Positions 42,915 through 51,232 of a stretch of 64,000 nucleotides of DNA are shown here, piece after piece. Made by a program: the position numbers and the translations under genes. Within the stretch, counting starts at the first letter, position 1. Every line of letters begins with the position of its first letter. The notes beneath the pieces are model-generated. The model saw only the letters and a list, made by a program, of their open reading frames with translations, was not told the DNA's origin and searched no databases. Source of the DNA: an uncultured Coriobacteriaceae bacterium (GTDB taxonomy: Bacteria > Actinomycetota > Coriobacteriia > Coriobacteriales > Atopobiaceae); the NCBI GenBank assembly GCA_902791035.1, contig CADAUA010000006.1, positions 80,457 to 144,456 of the forward strand, read 5' to 3'.

Positions 42915-43040
42915 TTGTCCCAGCTCGTTCTCTTTGTCCCAGCTCGTTCTCTTTGTCACAGCTCGTTCTCTTTGTCCCACCTCGTTCTCTTTGTCCCAGC
43001 TCGTTCTCTTTGTCCCACCTCGTTCTCTTTGTCCCAACTC
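42915..43040. repeat. 19-bp tandem repeat, about 6.5 units (TTGTCCCAGCTCGTTCTCT), downstream of the ADH gene
   Basis: Unit starts are 42915, 42934, 42953, 42972, 42991, 43010 and 43029, an exact 19-bp phase. The unit is not a multiple of 3. Confidence 0.95.
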
Positions 43041-43042
43041 AT

Positions 43043-43376
43043 GGGTGGTCCCCCTCGGAGGGCCACCCACTACTTATGTCTGCAGGTTTCACGAGAGATT
43101 CGGTACATAACACCGATAGGTAGCCCTCTGCGCAGGACCATCTTTGTCGGGCCCCAAGGGTAGACCCCTCTAGGGGTCCACCCACTCTTGACGAACGGGG
43201 ACTTTTGGGTCAAGCCCGGGAATAACACCGATAGGTAGTCCTCTCCGCAGGACCATCTTTGTCGGGCCCCAAGGGTAGACCCCTCTAGGGGTCCACCCAC
43301 TCTTGACGAACGGGGACTACCAGGTCAAACCCGGGAATAACACCGATAGGTAGCCCTTCTCAGCGGAGTACCAACC
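43043..43376. repeat. Family-3 phased hairpin array (6 hairpins, 115-bp period)
   Basis: Hairpins start at 43043, 43119, 43158, 43234, 43273 and 43349, with intervals 39/76 from 43119 onwards. The 115-bp unit ...ATAACACCGATA GGTAG...CCAAG GGTAGACCCCTCTAGGGGTCCACCC... repeats nearly exactly. Confidence 0.95.
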
Positions 43377-43535
43377 CATCGGCCGGCGCAATGGTCCCCG
43401 CCCAGCTTAGACTGAAAGCAATCTTTCCAGATGACTCTTCTGTCTACTGTATATTTCCTCACGGCCGTGGGTATCCTTACCCTCGCCACCAAACGCCCTC
43501 CAACAACACTCGGTGGTCTATCTGAGAGGAGGGCC

Positions 43536-44555
43536 ATGACTGTCATCATCACCGGTTCGTCAGCGCTCGAATACCTGCGGGCAAAGCCGCCAACCATATG
43601 GCCGGCCCCTCGGTTCGAGGAACCCTTTAACTTGGCCAGCAACCCCACGGACTTTCGCCAGGCAGCCAAGCTTGATGCGAGCAGTCTTGGACTGGCTCGC
43701 AGGCCCATCCATGTGCTCGTTCCGAGAGGACATTATCACAGCAACTCACGCAACATCCGAACACATGAGCTCATGCTCAACCCCATACCCGGCGACCTGC
43801 TCCTGGAAGTGGCGCCGGATGTTCTAGTGTGTGGTCCGGAGCTTACCTACTTCCAGACCAGCCCGCGTCGCTCACTCGTGGGCGACGTCGTGCTTGGTTG
43901 CGAACTCACTGGAGAGTACTCTCATTTCTCTCAGCTCGTGTCCGGCTACTATGAACGCCCGCCCCTGACCTCGATTGAGTCACTCGTCTGCGCCAGTGAG
44001 CGGCTGTCTGGCCTCTTTGGGATCAAGAGCGCAACCAAGAACCTCGAATGGGTCTGCGAGTGCTCACGCTCGCCGATGGAAACCGTCCTGGCCACCGAGC
44101 TCTGCCTTCCCACACAAGTCGGCGGGGAGGGTTTCGCAAAACCAACCTTGAACTACGAAGTGCCACTGGACGACGCAGCCAAGGCGATCACACACACCAA
44201 GACGTCCTACGTAGACATTGCCTGGCCGGACGCCATGGTAGGCGTGGAGTACGACAGCGACGAATGGCACACCGACAAAGACAAGGACAGACGGCGAGCC
44301 GAAGCGCTGCAACACATGGGCTGGGACATCTACACCGTGCACCTAGACCAAATGCACAAGGTCAGCGAGCTCGAGAAGACCGTCGCCCTCCTTAGGGGGC
44401 ACGCGCCACAGCTAGAGGAGGCGGAAGAGCCGAGCCGGACGCTCAGACGTCAACTCCACGAGAAGCTCCTGCGTGCCACCAGGTTCGGGATTGGTATGAG
44501 CGCGGCCCTCTTTCCTCCGTCCGTCAATGCGAGAGGAATCAAGCTCCATATCTGA
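43536..44555 (+). CDS. DUF559-like (Vsr/restriction-endonuclease-fold) domain protein, lower G+C than its surroundings
   Basis: The ATG at 43536 follows GAGAGGAGGG. The C-terminal VDIAWPDAMVGVEYDSDEWHTDKDKDRRRAEALQHMGWDIYTV matches the DUF559 pattern. Codon third positions look less G/C-biased by eye. Confidence 0.6.
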   Translation: MTVIITGSSALEYLRAKPPTIWPAPRFEEPFNLASNPTDFRQAAKLDASSLGLARRPIHVLVPRGHYHSNSRNIRTHELMLNPIPGDLLLEVAPDVLVCGPELTYFQTSPRRSLVGDVVLGCELTGEYSHFSQLVSGYYERPPLTSIESLVCASERLSGLFGIKSATKNLEWVCECSRSPMETVLATELCLPTQVGGEGFAKPTLNYEVPLDDAAKAITHTKTSYVDIAWPDAMVGVEYDSDEWHTDKDKDRRRAEALQHMGWDIYTVHLDQMHKVSELEKTVALLRGHAPQLEEAEEPSRTLRRQLHEKLLRATRFGIGMSAALFPPSVNARGIKLHI

Positions 44556-44648
44556 CGACAGGATCCAAGGGAGCCACTGGGGTCATAGGCTCGCACGAAC
44601 CAGTCTTCGCACCGACATCCCTATCGGGCACAGCAGATCACGACGGCG

Positions 44649-44906
44649 ATAGGCACTCCCGCAGAGGGCCACCGTCGACTCGGCCGACTTGGTATCCCCC
44701 TCTAGGAGACCACCAATACTGGACATTGGAAGATTCTTGGGCCATACAGCCAGATAACAGCGATAGGTAGTCCTCTATAGGGGACTACGGCAGCTCGCCT
44801 TACCTAGGTAGTCCTCCCTAGGGGACCATCCTGGTTTGATATTTGTAGATTTCGGCTCCGGACTCCTAAGTAACGGTGCTAGGTAGTCCTGAGCGTTCCC
44901 TACTTC
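44649..44906. repeat. Family-3 phased hairpin array (5 degenerate hairpins)
   Basis: Hairpin starts are 44649, 44691, 44766, 44807 and 44882, giving intervals 42,75,41,75. The last hairpin overlaps the EamA gene stop region. Confidence 0.85.
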
Positions 44907-45874
44907 TATGCCGCGCGATGGAACACGTCAGAAGCCGCCGAGACCTCGCAAAGCAGGGCTGGGCTACCCGGGGCGGCCTCAGGCTGGGTCAGCACAGCCT
45001 CGGCGACCTGGGGCTCCGCGACCTTCTTGCCACGCCCGACCAGTTCGCTCGCCGCAGCGCCGCCCAGCACCAGCACGGCACCCAGCACACGCGCCGGGCC
45101 AAAGGCCTCGCCCAGCACCAGCGCAGAGAGGACCACCGCGGAGAGCGGCTCCAGGTAGCCGAGCACGCTCACGCTCTGGACGTCGAGGGCACCCATCGCG
45201 GAGAAGTACAGGTAGCAACCGAGGCCGGTATTCACGAGGCCCAGCACCAGGATGGGAGCGACCTCGACCACACCCGGCATCTGGAGCCCACCGGTCACGA
45301 CGGCATAGGCGGCAGCCACGGCAAAGCTCGCCACCAGCTGGATCGTGGCTGCCTCGAGCCCCTGCACATCGGGCGCACCCTTGCCAGCGATGACCATCAC
45401 GGCATAGAAGGCCGCCGCACCCAGGCCACACAGCACGCCGGCCGGCTCCAGCTGCACGCCTCCGGCGGAGACGACGAGGAAGGCACCGGCGAGCACGGCC
45501 CCAAAGCAGGCAAGCTGACGCGCACGCAGCCTCTGGCGCATCACGACCGGAGAGAGGGCCATCACGATCACGGGGCCCAGATAGTAGAGCAGCGTGGAGG
45601 TACCGACACCGGCAAGCTTGTATCCCTCGAAGAGGAAGACCCAGCTCGCACCGAGGGCCGCACCGGAGGCTGCGAGCGAGGCCACCTGGCGCGGGTGCTC
45701 GCGACCGGCGAGGGACGTACGGCTGAGCGCGAGCAGGGCTACCAGCAGGGCGGCACCCAGGAAGGTGCGGAGAAGCACGATCTCGTGGCTGGGCAGCAGG
45801 ATGGCCGAGGCCACGATGCCGTTGCTGCCAAAGAGCGCGAGCGAGACGAGATACTTGATGTGCTGCTTGGACAT
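44906..45874 (-). CDS. EamA/DMT-superfamily transporter
   Basis: The ATG at 45874 begins a protein with about ten hydrophobic segments in two EamA-like halves. The hydrophilic C-terminal tail extends into repeat DNA. Confidence 0.85.
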   Translation of the reverse strand: MSKQHIKYLVSLALFGSNGIVASAILLPSHEIVLLRTFLGAALLVALLALSRTSLAGREHPRQVASLAASGAALGASWVFLFEGYKLAGVGTSTLLYYLGPVIVMALSPVVMRQRLRARQLACFGAVLAGAFLVVSAGGVQLEPAGVLCGLGAAAFYAVMVIAGKGAPDVQGLEAATIQLVASFAVAAAYAVVTGGLQMPGVVEVAPILVLGLVNTGLGCYLYFSAMGALDVQSVSVLGYLEPLSAVVLSALVLGEAFGPARVLGAVLVLGGAAASELVGRGKKVAEPQVAEAVLTQPEAAPGSPALLCEVSAASDVFHRAA

Positions 45875-46006
45875 GTGCACCCCCGTATTTCTTACCAAAC
45901 ACATGGTGGCAGCATTATGTACATGCGTAAAGCGCGACTATTGCATGCGTTCCATGAGTAATTCGCATACAATTGCAGCAAGTCCATAGGCGGGAACGGA
46001 GGGCTC

Positions 46007-46876
46007 ATGGAGGGCAACATAGCCAAGTACCAGGCTCTTTGCGAGGTTGCGCGGCTGGGGAGCCTGACGGCCGCCGCCCGCGAGCTGGGCTACTCCCAGT
46101 CCGGCATGAGCCGTATAATGCAGGACCTTGAGCGCGAGTGGGGCGTCACCCTGCTCAGCCGTGGACGGCATGGAATCACGCTCACGCCCGATGGCGATCG
46201 GATCCTTCCCATGGTCCAGCGCGTCGTGGACGACCAGCGGCGCGTGAACGAGCTCGTGGGCGAGGTCCGCGGGCTCGAGACGGGGTCGGTACGCGTGGGG
46301 ACCTTCTCGTCGGTGGCCACCTACCGGCTGCCCCGCGTGCTCGGACACCTGCAGGCGGCGCATCCCAAGGTGGAGTACGAGCTCCTCATGGGCGACTGGG
46401 GCGAGATCGAGCGCTGGACGAACACGGGGCGAGTGGACGTCGGGTTCATCCCCTTTGCGCCGGCGGCACCCCTGCAGTCGCGCGTGGTCGAGAAGGACGA
46501 GCTCATGGCGGTCGTCCCGCGAGAGCACCCACTTGCGGCGCGGGCCGAGGTCCGGCTGGGGGAACTCACGGCTGATCCCTATCTCATGCTGGAGCGAGGG
46601 GACAACGGTGTGATCCCCCGGATGTTCGCGGATGCCGGGCTGGAGCCCCGGGTGTGGCTCACCACCTGGGATGACTACGCGATCATGTCCATGGTGGAGG
46701 CGGGGCTGGGCGTCTCCGTCCTGCCCCGCCTCATTCTGCAGCGCTGCCCCTTCGACGTTACCATCCTGCCGTTGGCGGGCCATCCCTACCGCGAGATCAA
46801 CGTCATCTGGCGCGACGAGGCCACGCTGTCCCGCGCAGCACGCGACTTCCTCGAGAGCCTGGACACGTGGGGATAA
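46007..46876 (+). CDS. LysR-family transcriptional regulator, divergent from the EamA gene
   Basis: The N-terminal HTH is LGSLTAAARELGYSQSGMSRIMQDLE. A LysR substrate-binding domain follows. GGAGGG lies upstream. Confidence 0.9.
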   Translation: MEGNIAKYQALCEVARLGSLTAAARELGYSQSGMSRIMQDLEREWGVTLLSRGRHGITLTPDGDRILPMVQRVVDDQRRVNELVGEVRGLETGSVRVGTFSSVATYRLPRVLGHLQAAHPKVEYELLMGDWGEIERWTNTGRVDVGFIPFAPAAPLQSRVVEKDELMAVVPREHPLAARAEVRLGELTADPYLMLERGDNGVIPRMFADAGLEPRVWLTTWDDYAIMSMVEAGLGVSVLPRLILQRCPFDVTILPLAGHPYREINVIWRDEATLSRAARDFLESLDTWG

Positions 46877-46885
46877 GCGCGCGGA

Positions 46886-46950
46886 CGTGACAAGAACTCC
46901 GGAACGTGACAGGAACTCCGACCCCATGTCGCGGACCCCCTGTCGCGGGG
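46886..46950. repeat. Family-1 dispersed repeat, degenerate copy
   Basis: CGTGACAAGAACTCCGGAA and CGTGACAGGAACTCCGACCCC are followed by ATGTCGCGGACCCCCTGTCGCGGGG. It lies between convergent lysR and htpG. Confidence 0.7.
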
Positions 46951-46955
46951 CGGGA

Positions 46956-48929
46956 CTACATGAGGCTCGTGACGTTCTTGGCAAACTCCACCGGGTCGTC
47001 GATGGGCAGGCCCTCCACCAGCAGGGCCTGGTCGTAGAGCACCTGGCCCAGGAGCTTGAGCCGGTCCTTGTCGCCCGCGTCCTCGGCCGCCACCAGCTTG
47101 CCGAATACCGGATGGCCCGGGTTGAGCTGCAGCACGCGCCTGACCTCGGGCATGCCCTCGGAACCACCCGGGTTCTGGGCCGCCACGCGCTCCATCTCGA
47201 GCGAGATCGGACCCTCGCTCGCCACGGCCGCCGGCGCCTCGCCAAGGCCCGCCACGACCTTGACCTCGCCGACCTTCTCGCCCAGGGCCTCCTTGAGGTC
47301 GGCAAGAAGGGCGTCCTTGCCCTCGGCGGCCTCCTCGGCCCGCTTCTTCTCGTCCTCGGTGGCCAGGTCCAGGTTGGCGTCGGACACGTTCTGGAACTCG
47401 ACGTCGCGTGCCTCGGTGCCCTTGTGCTCGGAGTCACCCGCCTGCGAGTCCACGTGCCAGCTGCGCATCATCTGGAACATGAACTCGTCAACATCCTCGG
47501 TGCAGAGAAGCACGTCAAAGCCATGGTCCACGGCATTCTTGACCACGGGCATCTTGCCCAGGCGGTCCTGGGAGTCGCCAGCGGCGTAGTAGATCCTGTC
47601 CTGGCCCTCCTTCATGCCGGCAACGTACTCGGCGAAGGTGACCTGCTTGCCCTCGCGCGCGGACCAGAAGAGCAGGAGCTGCCCCAGGTCGGCGGCGTTG
47701 GAGCCGTAGGCACTGTAGATGCCGAACTTGAGGCCGCGGCCGAAGTTCTTGAAGAACTTCTCGTATGCCTCGCGGTCGTTGTCGCGCATGTCGCAGAGCT
47801 CGGAGTGGACCTTCTTCTCCACGCGGCGGGCGATGGCGCGCAGCTGGGAGTTCTGCTGCAGGGTCTCGCGGGAGATGTTGAGCGTCACGTCGGGCGAGTC
47901 CACGATGCCGTGCACGAAGTTGTAGTAATCAGGCAGGAGGTCGGCGCACTTCTCCTGGATCATGACGTTCGAGGAGTAGAGCGCCAAGCCCTTCTCGTAG
48001 TCCTTGCTGTAGAGGTCCCAGGGCTGCTGGCTGGGGATGAAGAGAAGCGCGTCGTAGCTCAACGCGCCCTCGGCGTGGAAGCTGATGGTGCGCGCGGGCT
48101 TCTCCCAGTCGTGGAAGGTGGACGTGTAGAACTCGTCGTAGTCCTTCTGCTCCACCTCCGAGCTGCGCTTCTTCCAGATGGGGGTCATGGAGTTGAGGGT
48201 CTCGAGCTCCTGGTAGCTCTCGTACTCGGGCTCGTAGTCCTCGGGGGCGTCCTCGGGCTTGGGCTTCTGGCGGCTCTTCTCCACCATCATGCGCACGGGA
48301 TAGCGCACGTAGTTGCTGTAGCGCCTGACCAGGTCGCGCAGGCCCCACTCGGAGAGGAACTTGTCGGTGTCCTCGTCGTCCGTGGAGGGGCGCAGATGCA
48401 GGGTGATGGTGGTGCCGTGGTCGTCCGCGCCGTCGCGCTCGCCGGGCTCGGCCGCGCCCACGGTATAGCCCGTCACGCCGTCCGACTCCCAGGCGTTGGC
48501 GGCGTCGGCCCCCAGCGCGCGGGACACCACACGAACGCGGTCGGCCACCATGAAGGCGGAGTAGAAGCCCACGCCAAACTGGCCGATGATGTCCATGTCG
48601 TCGCCCTGGTGCTCGGCATTGGCCTGCTTGAACTCCTGCGAGCCGGAGTGGGCTATGGTGCCAAGGTTCTTGTCGAGCTCATCGGCCGTCATGCCGATGC
48701 CGTTGTCGCTCACGGTGATGGTGCGGGCGTCCTTGTCGAAGGCCAGGTCGATGGCCAGGGCGTCGCGGTCCACCTGGACGTCCGGGTTGTTCACGGCCTC
48801 GAAGCTCAGCTTGTCCAGCGCGTCCGACGCGTTGGAGATGAGCTCGCGCAGGAAGATCTCCTTGTTCGTATAGATGGAGTTGATCATCAGGTCGAGGAGC
48901 TTCTTGCTCTCGGTCTTGAACTGCCTCAT
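46956..48929 (-). CDS. htpG: Molecular chaperone HtpG (Hsp90)
   Basis: The ATG at 48929 begins MRQFKTESKKLLDLMINSIYTNKEIFLRELISNASDALDK, the GHKL ATPase N-domain. The product is 657 aa. The track ORF's extra 108 codons are Arg/Pro/Gly-rich. Confidence 0.95.
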   Translation of the reverse strand: MRQFKTESKKLLDLMINSIYTNKEIFLRELISNASDALDKLSFEAVNNPDVQVDRDALAIDLAFDKDARTITVSDNGIGMTADELDKNLGTIAHSGSQEFKQANAEHQGDDMDIIGQFGVGFYSAFMVADRVRVVSRALGADAANAWESDGVTGYTVGAAEPGERDGADDHGTTITLHLRPSTDDEDTDKFLSEWGLRDLVRRYSNYVRYPVRMMVEKSRQKPKPEDAPEDYEPEYESYQELETLNSMTPIWKKRSSEVEQKDYDEFYTSTFHDWEKPARTISFHAEGALSYDALLFIPSQQPWDLYSKDYEKGLALYSSNVMIQEKCADLLPDYYNFVHGIVDSPDVTLNISRETLQQNSQLRAIARRVEKKVHSELCDMRDNDREAYEKFFKNFGRGLKFGIYSAYGSNAADLGQLLLFWSAREGKQVTFAEYVAGMKEGQDRIYYAAGDSQDRLGKMPVVKNAVDHGFDVLLCTEDVDEFMFQMMRSWHVDSQAGDSEHKGTEARDVEFQNVSDANLDLATEDEKKRAEEAAEGKDALLADLKEALGEKVGEVKVVAGLGEAPAAVASEGPISLEMERVAAQNPGGSEGMPEVRRVLQLNPGHPVFGKLVAAEDAGDKDRLKLLGQVLYDQALLVEGLPIDDPVEFAKNVTSLM

Positions 48930-49057
48930 GGTGCCGTGCTTCCTTTCCGCTCGTACAGGTACAGGAGACGTTCTACCCGAACCGCGGAAGTTATACGCAG
49001 ACAAGGGCCACGACAAGGCCGATTCCCCAAGCCATGCCAAGGGTGGGCCCGCGGCCA

Positions 49058-49870
49058 CTAGAAGAGGCAGGCCTCCAGGACGTCGCGGTCGCGCAGGGCG
49101 CGGAGCCACTCCTGCGGGATGCCGTGCTCGCCGCCAATGCCCCACAGCGTGCCCGCGAGCGCGCCGGCCACAGCACCCGTAGTGTCGGTGTCCTCGCCCA
49201 GGTTCACGGCAAGAAGGACGGCGTCGCGGTAGCACTCGCTCCTGCCCACGCACCAGATGGCTGCGTCGTACGTATGGCGAACGAACCCCGAGGAGCGCAC
49301 GGCATCGCGCGGGGTACCGGCAGCCCGTTCCGCCAGGCGCGCGTGCGTGGCCTCGGGGTCGGTCGCGGCGGCGCGCAGCAGGTGCACGAAGTCCACGCAG
49401 AGGCCGCAGGAGAGCTCGTGGGCGTGCGTGACGGCGGAGACCGCACGGACCTCGTCGTCCGTGGCGTCACAGAAGGCGAGCGGCGCGATACGCATAAGGG
49501 AGCCGTTGCCGTTGTCCCACTCGCCCGCGAGGCCGTGACCGAGGCGAATGGCCTGAGCCGTGGTGTTGCCCACGTCAAAGGTGTCGCCGCCGCATGCGTA
49601 GCGGCCGCGGTAGAGCCAGTCGGCGAAGCGGTCGTGAATGTCAGCCGGGTCGATGCGGCCAAGCTCGCGGATGGAGTCCGCCGTGGCGACGGCCATGGAG
49701 GTGTCGTCGCTCCAGGTGCCTGCGGGCTGGTGGTGCGAGCCGTAGCCCACCATGTCCGTGCAACGGAAGGTATCGCGCGCCAGGAACTCGTAGGGCACGC
49801 CAAGCGCGTCGCCCACCGCCTCGCCGTACATCGCGTCCCGCAGCGCCTTCGACCTCATGTCCTTGTCCAT
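49058..49870 (-). CDS. ADP-ribosylglycohydrolase family protein
   Basis: GDALGVPYEF...GTWSDDTSM and the C-terminal GEDTDTTGAVAGAL are the ARH metal-binding motifs. The start is taken at MDKDM (49870). Confidence 0.85.
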   Translation of the reverse strand: MDKDMRSKALRDAMYGEAVGDALGVPYEFLARDTFRCTDMVGYGSHHQPAGTWSDDTSMAVATADSIRELGRIDPADIHDRFADWLYRGRYACGGDTFDVGNTTAQAIRLGHGLAGEWDNGNGSLMRIAPLAFCDATDDEVRAVSAVTHAHELSCGLCVDFVHLLRAAATDPEATHARLAERAAGTPRDAVRSSGFVRHTYDAAIWCVGRSECYRDAVLLAVNLGEDTDTTGAVAGALAGTLWGIGGEHGIPQEWLRALRDRDVLEACLF

Positions 49871-49884
49871 GACTCCCCCATCCC

Positions 49885-49913
49885 GCGCCAAAAGTGCCAG
49901 ACACTCTTGGCAC
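49885..49913. repeat. Family-2 dispersed hairpin repeat
   Basis: GCGCCAAAAGTGCC-AGA-CACTCTTGGCAC, between the YbaK-like gene stop and the ARH gene start. Confidence 0.75.
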
Positions 49914-49930
49914 ACACCCGCGTGGTAGAC

Positions 49931-50485
49931 CTACTCGCCGTCACGCCAGCCCTTGCAGACGTCCACCCAGCCGTCCGCCTGACCCCACTCCTCCAGCTCC
50001 GCCAGCGTACAACCGATGGCGCTGTTCTCGCTCCCCGCCGCCGGCCACACCCGCTCGAAGCGACGCAGGCTCTCGTCCAGGTAGCAGGCCACGCCGGGTC
50101 TACGGTCGAAGGGACAAACGCCGCCCATGGGGTGGCCCACCAGGCGCTCCAGGTCGTCGGCAGGCACCATGCGTGGCTTGGTGTGGAAGCGGGCCTTGTA
50201 CGGCGCGTTCCAGACCTTGGCGTCGCCCGCGCACACGATGAGGATGGCACGGGTCTTGTCGCTCCCGTCGTCGCCCTCGCTCCCGTCGTCGCCCTCGCTC
50301 CTGTCGTCGCCCTCGCTCCCGTCGTCGCCCGGCACCAGGAAGGCCATGGTCTTGGCGATGCGTGCAGGCTCCACGCCCACGTCTTCCGCCGCCTGCCCCA
50401 CCGTGGCGCTTGGCTGGTCGAACTCCAGGATCTTGTCGCCCGCGCCGTACCGCTCGAGATACGCCCTCACGCTCTGCACCGACAT
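49931..50485 (-). CDS. YbaK/ProX-type aminoacyl-tRNA deacylase domain protein carrying an acidic hexapeptide repeat insert
   Basis: The ATG at 50485 begins a YbaK-like sequence (IAKTMAF...ILIVCAGDAKV...VGHPMGGVCPF). The insert (GDDGSE)x4 is encoded by 18-bp repeats at 50261-50332. Confidence 0.75.
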   Translation of the reverse strand: MSVQSVRAYLERYGAGDKILEFDQPSATVGQAAEDVGVEPARIAKTMAFLVPGDDGSEGDDRSEGDDGSEGDDGSDKTRAILIVCAGDAKVWNAPYKARFHTKPRMVPADDLERLVGHPMGGVCPFDRRPGVACYLDESLRRFERVWPAAGSENSAIGCTLAELEEWGQADGWVDVCKGWRDGE

Positions 50486-50598
50486 GTGTACCTCCCGGTC
50501 CTCGTAATAGCACACAAGGATAGCAGCCAAGAGATGCAGTCGAGCTTTCGGCAGGGCTGCCCGTTCCCTCAAGGGAACTACCCATCGAGCTAGGATTC

Positions 50599-50892
50599 GG
50601 GTAGCCCTCCGCAGGGGGCTACCCACGGGGCGGGACAAGGTAGTCCCCCATGGAAGACCACCCAACACCGTTATCCTCCCATTTGGCCGAGAAACCCCGG
50701 GACATCAACCGTGGGTAGCCCTCCGCAGGGGGCTACCCACGGGGCAGGACAAGGTAGTCCCCCATCGAGGACTACCTATCAATGTTATGTCCCGATTTCT
50801 CCACAGAATTCGAGATATCAAGAGTGGATAGTCCCCCAGGCAGGACCACCTTGGTCGACCGAGACAAGGTAGTCCCCCAAGCAGGGCCACCC
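50599..50892. repeat. Family-3 phased hairpin array (6 hairpins)
   Basis: Hairpin starts are 50599, 50639, 50713, 50753, 50826 and 50868, giving intervals 40,74,40,73,42. The variant GGGTAGCCCTCCGCAGGGGGCTACCC alternates with GGTAGTCCCCCA...CCACC. Confidence 0.9.
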
Positions 50893-50899
50893 TGCCGCA

Positions 50900-51071
50900 G
50901 GTTTGCCCCCTCACGCGCACGAGGTCCAGGACCGCCTCGGCGTAGGGCACCGCCATGCCCCTCTCACGCGCAAGGGCCACGACCTGCCCGTTGATGGCGC
51001 CGATCTCGGTGCGGCGGCCGCGCGCCAAAGAGGCACCCCATGGCGCCTGCGCCCAGAACCGCGATCCTCAT
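50900..51071 (-). pseudogene. Remnant of 2-dehydropantoate 2-reductase (panE/apbA) with a large internal deletion and frameshift
   Basis: The N-terminal Rossmann start MRIAVLGAGAMGCLFGA (ATG 51071) abuts, out of frame, the C-terminal motif GRRTEIGAINGQVVALARERGMAVPYAEAVLDLV. About 250 codons expected between them are absent. Confidence 0.55.
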
Positions 51072-51164
51072 GCCGGCCCCCGTTCGACACGCGCCATTAT
51101 CCGCCCGACAGCCACGACGAGCGGCGGCCGCCGACAGCTCTCCGTTGCCGCGCGCCTGCCCGGA

Positions 51165-51232
51165 GCGTGACAGCAGCTCCGACCCCGCGTGACAGCAGCT
51201 CCGACCCCGCGTGTCACGGACCCCTGTCACGC
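51165..51232. repeat. Family-1 dispersed repeat, two direct units plus an inverted tail
   Basis: GCGTGACAGCAGCTCCGACCCC occurs twice, then GCGTGTCACGGACCCCTGTCACGC. The ABC gene's TGA stop (51227-51229) lies inside the tail. Confidence 0.9.

Noticed and set aside
42824-43163. ORFs across the 19-bp and family-3 repeats (42824-43123, 42846-43163). ORFs across the 36.1-36.6 kb array (36070-36591) are similar.
   Set aside because: They are reading-frame artefacts of tandem repeats. The 19-bp period shifts frame with each unit, there are no SD sequences, and ORFs occur on both strands.
50705-51028. 107-aa ORF as an intact small gene
   Set aside because: Only its first 35 or so residues resemble a protein, namely the PanE C-terminus. 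The remainder is a translation of family-3 hairpins. I treat it as part of the panE remnant instead.
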